The position numbers and the translations under genes are program-made. Below the pieces are notes generated by a model. It saw nothing but the letters and a program-made list of their open reading frames with translations. It was not told the origin of the DNA and made no database searches. DNA of 64,000 nt from Eledone cirrhosa (lineage: Eukaryota). Positions 53,601 to 64,000 of the stretch are shown one piece after another; the first letter of the stretch is position 1, and each line of letters begins with the position of its first letter. The stretch spans positions 81,344,001 through 81,408,000 of the forward strand of contig OZ024740.1 in NCBI GenBank assembly GCA_964016885.1, written 5' to 3'.

Positions 53601-54352
53601 TTTTATATATAATTGACAAATATCGATTTAAATAGTATTGTTTATATAAACTTCTTATACAGATGCTAATATCTAAGTAAGTTAGGTTTAATAATATCAT
53701 ATTTACGATAATTGTAAGCACCATTGTTACTTAATATTTTTAATTTTGATTTTTATAACTAAATGTTGAATGTATTTAATAATTTAAATATGCTCCAGAT
53801 TATCTTTGAAAATATGTTATATTATCTTATATCACTTCATATTGTTTTAATTTTGATATAATATAGTAGTATAATTTCTTTCAAATATCATAGAACAAAA
53901 ATGTCACGGTATTTAATTGATAGTTTCTACCTAACTTAATATTTGAAAGAAAACGGTCACGCATCATATACCTTTATTCTTCTTTTCCTTATGTATTTAT
54001 ATTATACCATATATATCTCCGTTTCTTCATCTTTATCTTCATCTCTCTATCTTTTCCTTTTGTCCTCTATTTAACTCTCTCTCTCTCATTTGCTTTTTTC
54101 TCTAATACGGATATTTACATATTTAATTATTTAAATATTTAACAGTTATGTACTTATGTGTTTATGAATTTTACTTATCTTTATATGTATTTATTTTATT
54201 TTTTCTATACGTTTTCCTACGTACCCTCTCAATTATATATAGTTTGTCATGTTACTAGTTATGGTATATAAATATTGAGTTTTGACATAACTAATCACTG
54301 CCAAGACTGGAATTGAAGCATCAGCACAGTTGCAGTATGTCAGGCATCAATT

Positions 54353-54418
54353 TATTTTATCTGATGAGGACGTGCTGAGGAAACAGCACATTACCCCTGA
54401 AATATATATAATACAATA
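54353..54418 (+). ncRNA. Hammerhead motif in the 3' pLTR
   Basis: tattttat-CTGATGA-gg..gtgctg aggaaa cagcac..cct-GAAA-tatata-TA-atacaata. Confidence 0.72.
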
Positions 54419-54496
54419 TAGTTGATCACATGAATGTCTATATTTATTAATATATTGAAGTAATATACACTCATTATATATATATATATATATATA

Positions 54497-57400
54497 TAAA
54501 ATTTCAGGTTATCAATAATGTAGTGATAATATATCGTTACGTTAGAGATGAACAGCGTACGTGCAGGTTTGCTCAACGAGTATAAATTATATTCCGGAGA
54601 AATGTAGAAAGGATGAATATAAAATGAAAGTGCTTTTGTTAAAAAAGGAATTTATTAGGTATTGACATATGTTTCTGTAACAGACCGAATACCTATGTAT
54701 CGCTGCTTGCGTAATCATATAATGTTAGCAAGTATTCGATAGCAAATGTATAATCAGTTGTCACTTCTTCAGAGATTTTGGATAAACTGGATAAAATCAG
54801 AAAAATTGAAGTATTTATATTAGTAAAAGAGGAAGGAACAGAGTATATGACAGATGGTAAAATAATTTACTGCTAAACAAGTATATAATGGGTTTTTAAT
54901 GAGAATACCATGAGTAAATCTAAATAAGAATTTTGGGAGTGCCAATTTTAATCTCTACTTGACCAACTGGACAGTGGACAGGGCTGGTCATTTGGTGCAG
55001 TAGTATTAATTATAAAGTGTCAATTGGGGAAGGGGGATATTTCGATTGCTACTAAATAACATCAATGCTAGTAGCCAGCTGGTATATGCATTAGGGAATT
55101 GAATCAAGAAATCAGAAATCTCATTTTATCTATAGCAGTTTGTATTAAAAGGTAAATAATAGAAGAGTTGATAGAATTAAGACTAATAAAGAATGTTCAT
55201 ATCTATTTTGACAATCAAACGGGGATAGAGACAGGCGTTCAATCCTGGTAGTATTTATAATATGAAAATGTAGATTTTAAGCGATGGTTACAGTATAACG
55301 ATCGCTCTATTCTGTTATTTAATAAAATGTTTTTGGATTTCATAATACAAAATAATTCTACATTACATAATTTACAAAATTCCTGTCCATGGGATTATAT
55401 GGGGGGGGGGGGGGGGGCAGCCGCTATTATATCCCATTTTAGGTGAAATTGTTGGTTATTTTCACGCAGCTGCCAAGCCTTGTCTGCGAGTGTTGTTACA
55501 TAACGCTGGTTTTCATGTTTTATCGAATAACGATGTCTATAAAGGCGTGATTTGAAGGAGGTGGCTGTAGATCCCACATAGTACCACTTCTGTCTATCCG
55601 ATTCGATAGTACATTTGTATACGATGTTGCGTTCAAGACACTGATTGTTCAACGGACACATTCCTGGTTGGACACAGTTGCAATTATAATTTTGCGTTGT
55701 TGTATTGCCATGGATGGGTTGATGAGGTTGCTTATGTAGGATAGGATGTTGTTTGTTGTTTTGTGATATTATAGCTAATGTTTTACGTGTATTGTTATGT
55801 GTTGGAAGGCGTTTATACAACCGTTTTGCGTTAAGCTTTTTTATATGTTGTTCAATATTAGGGGCGGTTGAATATGAAAGTCGAATAGTGTTAGGGTTTA
55901 AGATTGTATTATATTTATGTGATGTTGGAAAGTGTTTTCTTACTAATTGAAAGAATTTTGAGGGTAGATTGGTTTTAATAGAGTTGTTATAGACCGGGTT
56001 GTACCAGATATACTCCTTACATCGCCTTCTGTTTGGTGGTGTGCGACTATTATTGTGTCTATTGCGGTAGTGTATGTATGGTGGTGATTCTGTGCTATTT
56101 CTACTCCTATGTGATTTATTTTGGGTGTTTTGGTGATCTTTGACTATATACTCTATATTATCTAGGTGACCGGCTTTCCTAAGTGCATCATCATAATACT
56201 TGGCATGTTCTTTGAAGGTTTGTTGGTTGGACGATAGGCGGGAGATCCTAAGAGAAACATTTCTAGGGATGGATTTAATTATAGAGAGTGGATGGTTAGA
56301 ATTCGTATTTACATATTTAAGGTTCTCATTTAGTTTATGGAACGGTTTAATCGTATCTGTATTGAGATTGAAAGTAACATCAAGGAAATTGACCTCTTTG
56401 ACGTTATATTCAAATGTAATATTTAATCCTAGTTCCTTAAAAAGCTTTCTGATATTTTTACGCATCCTTTCTAAATTCTGGTTATTCATATGCTTAACTA
56501 ATAGGAGCGCATCGTCACGGTAAATTCCACCGTGGAGATCCTTGAATTTTCCTTGTAATCTGTGGGTGATATAAATTCCCACAAGATCTGTTACTTCCGC
56601 CGAATCATTAGAACCCATAGTGATATCAAAATTAGAAGGTTTATCTTTGCGAACCCAGTAGCTATCATCGAATTTAACTATAGTTTTTCTCGCTTCCATA
56701 ATAATTTTAATTTCAGCATCCGTAAGGTCGGAATTATCCTTAGCGAACGAAAGAGCTTCATGTAGAGTATCAGGTGAAATTGAGGAATAATATTCATCAA
56801 TATCAAACTGAATAAATTTTGATTTTTTTCGTATCAGTAATGTTATTAAACCATCTTATTGCTTCATGAGTGTTACCCCATAGTTTAATCTCTACTTTAA
56901 CCTTAACTTGGGGGATAATTCTGTCTAGTATATATTTGCTAATTTTACCTATATCAGATTTAGAGGGGCATATAAGTCTAATATTAGGGTTAGTATCGAA
57001 GTTTACCTTGTGGTCCTTCAGGTTGAAGGATGGTATAGCTGGTGTTAAGGGTTGCGTTCTATCGTCAATACAAAGTTTTTTAACAATATCACATGCCGAG
57101 TTGTTGATGTTTTTAAGTGTGGCTTCATTAGTTTTCCTGTATTTTTTATGCAATTCCTTACGGATGAAGTTATTGTAAGTGTCCACATCCATGGTATATA
57201 CGTTTGATGTTTTGTCTGCTCTAACAATAATTCCATTGGCGTTTTTTAGATTATTGAGCAGTGCCGTGATGTCATTCTGTAGTTTATTGTTCTTACGTTT
57301 TGTAAATTTGATCTCCATGATCATATCCATTAGATCTTGTTCAAATGCATCCAAAAGTGGGTTTGAGGGTGGGTTCTTGTAAGATTTAAATCCAAATTTA

Positions 57401-58105
57401 TCCTTGTTAAGATCCGATGTTTGGTTTATACGGCTTTTGTCAAAATGGAATGTTTTCCATCTGATTCGTCGAATAAAATCATTGGTCCTTCGTATCATAC
57501 CTAGAATATATTACCTTTTTGCCTGAATAGGTATGTTTTTTAACGACATATCCAATTGGTGCCTTTCCATTTTAGAGGCGTATGCTGAATTAGTTGCTCA
57601 ACTGTATAGGAGATTAATAAAATTTCAGGTTATCAATAATGTAGTGATAATATATCGTTACGTTAGAGATGAACAGCGTACGTGCAGGTTTGCTCAACGA
57701 GTATAAATTATATTCCGGAGAAATGTAGAAAGGATGAATATAAAATGAAAGTGCTTTTGTTAAAAAAGGAATTTATTAGGTATTGACATATGTTTCTGTA
57801 ACAGACCGAATACCTATGTATCGCTGCTTGCGTAATCATATAATGTTAGCAAGTATTCGATAGCAAATGTATAATCAGTTGTCACTTCTTCAGAGATTTT
57901 GGATAAACTGGATAAAATCAGAAAAATTGAAGTATTTATATTAGTAAAAGAGGAAGGAACAGAGGGGATAGTATATGACAGATGGTAAAATAATTTACTG
58001 CTAAACAAGTATATAATGGGTTTTTAATGAGAATACCATGAGTAAATCTAAATAAGAATTTTGGGAGTGCCAATTTTAATCTTTACTTGACCAACTGGAC
58101 AGTGG
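54497..58105 (-). mobile_element. Penelope-like element 3, full length, with ~480-bp direct pseudo-LTRs
   Basis: 54497-54977 matches 57617-58105; internal RT-GIY-YIG ORF. Confidence 0.92.
55235..57570 (-). pseudogene. PLE RT + GIY-YIG ORF with few lesions
   Basis: ORFs 56803-57498 and 55395-56699: VRADKTSN, LKDHK, FDITMGS, GGIYRDD, NFLD, CNC..CPL..C, VY..YVG; one stop near the N-terminus and frameshifts at homopolymer runs. Confidence 0.9.
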
Positions 58106-58114
58106 TATATGGGA

Positions 58115-59140
58115 CAAATGGGATATAATAGCGGCTGCCCCCCCATATAATCCCATGGACAGGAATTTTGTAAATTATGTAATGTAGAATTATTTTGTAT
58201 TATGAAATCCAAAAACATTTTATTAAATAACAGAATAGAGCGATCGTTATACTGTAACCATCGCTTAAAATCTACATTTTCATATTATAAATACTACCAG
58301 GATTGAACGCCTGTCTCTATCCCCGTTTGATTGTCAAAATAGATATGAACATTCTTTATTAGTCTTAATTCTATCAACTCTTCTATTATCTACCTTTTAA
58401 TACAAACTGCTATAGATAAAATGAGATTTCTGATTTCTTGATTCAATTACCTAATGCATATACCAGCTGGCTACTAGCATTGATGTTATTTAGTAGCAAT
58501 CGAAATCTCCCCCTTCCCCAATTGACACTTTATAATTAATACTACTGCACCAAATGACCAGCCCTGTCCACTGTCCAGTTGGTCAAGTAGAGATTAAAAT
58601 TGGCACTCCCAAAATTCTTATTTAGATTTACTCATGGTATTCTCATTAAAAACCCATTATATACTTGTTTAGCAGTAAATTATTTTACCATCTGTCATAT
58701 ACTCTGTTCCTTCCTCTTTTACTAATATAAATACTTCAATTTTTCTGATTTTATCCAGTTTATCTAAAAAAATCTCTGAAGAAGTGACAACTGATTATAC
58801 ATTTGCTATCGAATACTTGCTAACATTATATGATTACGCAAGGTGGTGGATTGGCAGTATCGGTAGAGGGTCGGACGCCATGCTTTCCAGCATAGTTACG
58901 TCCCTTTATGATCTGAGTTCAAATCCCGCCGAGGTTGACTTTGCCTTTCATCCTTACGGGGTCGATAAAATAAAGTACCAGTAATGCACTGGGTAATTTG
59001 CTGGCCTTGTGCCTAAAGTAGAAACAATTATATGATTACGCAAGCAGCGATACATAGGTATTCGGTCTGTTACAGAAACATATGTCAATACCTAATAAAT
59101 TCCTTTTTTAACAAAAGCACTTTCATTTTATATTCATCCT

Positions 59141-59144
<4 letters not shown>
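58115..59144 (+). mobile_element. Inverted duplicate of the PLE3 3' end
   Basis: Reverse complement of ~54605-55439, interrupted by a SINE. Confidence 0.9.
58843..59026 (+). mobile_element. tRNA-derived SINE with ~18-bp target-site duplication
   Basis: ATTATATGATTACGCAAG at 58825-58842 and 59027-59044; the empty site is visible in the other two pLTR copies. Confidence 0.92.
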
Positions 59145-59513
<369 letters not shown>

Positions 59514-60934
59514 ATGCAACGCTAGTGAAGATTAAATAATTTGTTTTCATAAACATTTCATGAAACTAAACGTCCCCTCTCTTAAAATATATTTGTAATT
59601 TCTATTGGTAATGTGAGTAAATGAATTAAAACATAAACTCGTGCATATTTTACTTTAGATTTTGTAAATAGTAATTTCCAAACAGAATGGTATAGAGAAT
59701 GTATAACTCAGAGACAATCATTTGCCCTTAAAACAGTTCAGTCCAAGTAAATATATGTATTGATTGAAGTTGTGTATCTCACTGGCGACAGCGTTGGGCT
59801 CACAATCAATTCGGACTGGGCTGTGCATTATGTCATTCAGCAATAGTCTATTTCACGTTGCTTCACTTAACTTAGCTGGAAATCATGAGTTTTGTTTTCC
59901 TTTGGGGTATATTTCTGAGCTGAAATTGAAACACCTAAACGATCTTATATAAGTGGGTTAAGACCATTTACGTTTAAGACGTTTTTGCTAGATAATTGAA
60001 GTACGTATGTCTCTGACGTAGATTCGTAATAAAATATTAACGGTAAATCTATAGATTTACATATCTTCAAGCAGTTCGTTTTTTTATGAGAAAGCTGTCA
60101 TCTTTTAAACATTTAAGATTGATGTAATTATATATTGCTGATGAAATATTATCTTTAATTTAGTCGTTATTCGCTTTCATTTCTGTGTTTTGTGTATTTA
60201 CATATATATTTCTCTCATATTGCCTTTTCGTTGAATCAAGCATCTTACCTGTCTTTTTCCTATGACAGATATTTTCAACAGTTTCATCTATAACACTTCA
60301 TCATTTCCAAACAAAAACAGAAATACCGTTCGGGTTTCTCCGTATTGCAAATTTACAAGCTACAGCAGCAAATATATTGACTTACTAAGTATTATTCATA
60401 AACATCGGTGTATTTCTAAGAACAAATGTAAAGCAATACACGGTCATGCCAAATGTTTTTATTGATAATATTTCACTTATAAAATACACTAGTTTAAAGT
60501 CCAAAGACGCATAACTTCGTGCATAGGAAAATCTTTTGTTAAATACAAATCAAACTACTTGCCAGTGTAACATCTTTGTAGGGTCAAAGTGATAGCAACA
60601 CAGGCACATGATATCTGTACGATCAGTATTGAGTTATAATTCAGAGCATGTATATTCATACAGATTATTACGTTTCGTAAATCCTCTTGTAGTATTTAAT
60701 TGATATTAGTCTGATTAATGTATTTCATTTATTTCGATGTTTGGTATGCGCTATTAATTAACATTCCTTACACATGTGACGTTTGATGAACAGCTTCATT
60801 TGATTTATTCTTTAAAATTTATGAAAGTATTTTTGAAAATGAATGTTTAATTCATCAAGTCAAGAACGCAGACAAAGAAACTCAGTCATACCCATATCAA
60901 ACACACACACTCACACACCATACACACACACATA

Positions 60935-61001
<67 letters not shown>

Positions 61002-61207
61002 ATATATATATATATATGCGGCTACACACATACACATATATATATATGTGTGTGTGAAATTAAACGAAATTTGTAGAAATCTTATGGCTGATATATGACT
61101 ATAAATATAACCTCGTATCTTGTGAAGATCTGAAAGCCTGAAAGTGTGTTCCTGGTCCTCACGTACACACACACTCACATACACACACACACGCACACAC
61201 ACACACA

Positions 61208-61285
<78 letters not shown>

Positions 61286-62636
61286 ATGCATTGCGGAATG
61301 GGTAAAGGAAAAGGAAGATAAATGCTTTTATTCTTTTTTGTTTTTCTCTTGTGTGTGTGTGTGTGTGCAACTTTCCTTCTATAAGGCTCGACACTCTTTT
61401 TTTAACTAAATACTTATTTACCAGTGTGTAACCCCTCCCCCTACTTCTCTCCCTCAGCCCGACGCACAAACACTCGCATTCGACACTATTTTGACAAAAG
61501 TTTATATATATATTTGCCTCCATCCGATGATACCAATTACACAACTTGTCTCCACAATACACAGTCCTATTATCAGTCGTACGTCTTTTTGCTCTCCTAG
61601 TCGAATGATAGTCACTATTTGTCCCCTGTTACTACTATATTGTATTGTCTCATACGTATGTTTCCGGCGGGCTGTTCTATGCCGACGTACAACTTGGACT
61701 CAATATTTTGCAATCCAACCTTATGCACGGAATTACATAGATCGGATTGTAACTGAAGTGGAGGTTAGATGCTGTTTTTTTATTCGTCCCACTCATTTTA
61801 TCTGTGAACATTTAGTATATTCAAGGAAAGTAATATCAAATCCGTTTCGATTCAGGCAGTGATTACGCACATCCCCACACACATTTCTGAAGTTAGCGAA
61901 ATATACATCGGTATGGTGCAGGATCGTTTTATATAATGCTTTTCCTCGCATATCCACCCACCTCCCCCTACAGGAATCCTAGAAACAGGACAACACTATA
62001 AAAGAAAAGTCTGGCATCGAAAGGAGAAATGCCCCACAAGTAAGATAATTTGGTAGATACTTGAAAAATCCAGCCATACACTAATCAAAGCAAGAGATGT
62101 CACTCTTTTATTGAAAAAATTAGAATATTACAAGTTTTCTTAGCTCCGAACTATAATTATTTGAACTGAAAGAGCTAAGGTTTTAGAGGATGCCTCGTTT
62201 CTCAAATGTAAACTGCTTGCTAAGTGGACATACTCAACAAATTCAACTGATTTTCAACCATCTTAATTTGATTTATATAGCTTTTTCGACACTTACATTA
62301 TACAGTAATTTCTATATTACATATCGCAACATAATACCATTTATCCATCATATCCCACGAATGCTAAGCCGTGTACGACTACGCTATTTCGAGTTTACGA
62401 CAGGGAGTCATTTGCCTTTTTTATAATACGGTTTTCGTAAACTAGCGTTTTAGAACGCTTTACTTTTAACGGTACCAGCGAGGGGAAATTAGGTCGCAAT
62501 TTTGATCCCTCTTACATTCTGAAGATATGGTCAATAATGGGTTTGAAAGCTCATGTAGCCTATTTGTTCCGTGTATGATTATAAGTAAATGATATAATAT
62601 AATACAATATAATATAATATAATATAATATAATATA

Positions 62637-62749
<113 letters not shown>

Positions 62750-63014
62750 GTATAGGATTATCCAGTCTGCTCTGAGGAGACAGTGGTCACAGCATTGGAT
62801 ATTTGAGTTCTGCAAGTACTTGTGAATTTGCACGTAGCATAACTAGGATGCAGTACCACCGTGGAAACACTTGTAAGCACACGGAATAAATTACCTTTTT
62901 ATGATGTCTACCTGTTATTATTCATTCTTTATATATATATATATATATTAGCCGTCGAAATGGCTTGAGCTCAGCCGTCGGGGTCTTACTTGTTCCTATA
63001 GATAGATAGATAGG

Positions 63015-63058
<44 letters not shown>

Positions 63059-63154
63059 AATTTTGAGTATATGTTGTTTGTATACCAACACCCCAGTTTG
63101 CAGGCTGGAGCACTCGACGAAGTGCGCAGGTTGGTTTGGTTACTCCGGAGTAAT

Positions 63155-63720
63155 GTAAAATAAAGTTACATAAAAAGTCAAATGTTTAAAATTTAGCTTC
63201 GTTTATTACTGCTATATATATTTCAGTGACAGCCATCTTTGGCTGTGACCACTTCAGGCAGTCCGAATTAGTGTGGTAGAGACAAGTACATATGTTGTTG
63301 AGGTGTATACTTTTGTCAATACTCTGATATGTCCAGTTCCTGGTTAGGTTGTTATTTCTCTGAGGAACTGGAATCATATGAATTCAAACAAACGAATTTC
63401 AGTGTCAAAGGGCCTCTTCTCCTCTCATTGGTCAGTTGTTAGAACATTCCTCATTCTAAGTGTTGTTATTGTTGGAGTTAGCTTAAACAATTGATAAAGT
63501 GGTAGAAGGAACAAGGTGGTAAAGAACAAAATAACAAACAAAAAAAAAGACTATTGACAAAATTATACACCTCAACAACATATGTACTTGTCTATACCAC
63601 ACTAATTCGGACTGCCTGAAGAGGTTGCAGCCAAAGATGGCTGTCACTGAAATATATATAACAGTAATAAACGAAGCTAAATTTTAAACGTTTGACTTTT
63701 TATTTTACTTTATTTTTTAT
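63155..63720. mobile_element. Inverted pair of short hammerhead-bearing PLE termini
   Basis: 63155-63378 (-) and 63551-63720 (+) both match 38161-38382; hammerhead motifs at 63208-63262 (-, core CTGAAGT) and 63611-63665 (+). Confidence 0.75.
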
Positions 63721-64000
63721 ATATATATATATTAGTTTTGCGAGGTTTTTTATATGAAATCGTGTGTCGAAACAAATATTGTTATACTTGGGGACGGTCA
63801 TATTTGTGTAATATTGCCAGAATTAATAACAGAACACACTCACTGTTTGGTTGGTTTTCGCTTCTCGCTTCTGTGTCTTTTATATCGGTAATCTAACTTA
63901 CTCGGTCCTCAATGTTGCCATTGACGGACCGACGGTCAAAAATAATACAGATACAATATAGACACAAACACATATATATAGTTTATCATAAATCTTTCGT

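Larger units (their letters stand above)
50367..54466 (+). mobile_element. Penelope-like element 2, full length, with ~310-bp direct pseudo-LTRs
   Basis: 50367-50677 matches 54157-54466; disrupted ORF ~50830-53180 with KDIPLP, VKSDKTNN, QMDIASYY, FDITMGS, LYRDD, CNCRRKSECPL, YIGAT. Confidence 0.9.

Noticed and set aside
50367-58105. LTR retrotransposons (direct terminal repeats)
   Set aside because: No TG..CA ends, PBS, gag, protease or integrase; RT plus GIY-YIG identifies Penelope-like pseudo-LTRs.
59600-62500. Host protein-coding exons
   Set aside because: Short ORFs with no recognisable domain or consistent splice pattern; cannot be supported without transcript data.
62512-62560. Further hammerhead-like cores (also 43794, 45700 on -, 50783)
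   Set aside because: CTGAAGA is present but helix II or the GAAA half is missing or poorly paired.

Overview
Eukaryotic, AT-rich, repeat-dominated window. It is probably invertebrate and possibly cephalopod, an inference from the SINE and microsatellite style. I see no supportable host gene, rRNA, tRNA or CRISPR array. 1-28.3 kb is a dense array of non-LTR retrotransposons, each bounded by (ATT)n tracts: four + strand L1/Tx1-clade elements (ORF1 with RRM-like and CCHC domains; ORF2 with APE-RT-Zn finger), one ~130-bp 3' stub of the same family, and two - strand R4/Dong-like elements (RT-CCHC-RLE). All copies carry stops or frameshifts. The three Tx1 copies that include the ORF1/ORF2 junction share a 52-nt GTAAGT...CAG segment containing both the ORF1 stop and the ORF2 ATG; excising it would fuse the two ORFs exactly in frame. 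This is the best candidate for an undescribed mechanism here, but it is inferred from sequence only. One Tx1 copy has a different 5'UTR/ORF1 on a near-identical ORF2. 28.3-64 kb holds an RTE remnant, tRNA-derived SINEs, a mariner-like MITE, long (TA)n/(CA)n tracts and many Penelope-like elements (RT + GIY-YIG) with direct or inverted pseudo-LTRs. These carry more than ten hammerhead-ribozyme-like motifs, several with unusually long helix II. Identities and alignments were judged by eye.
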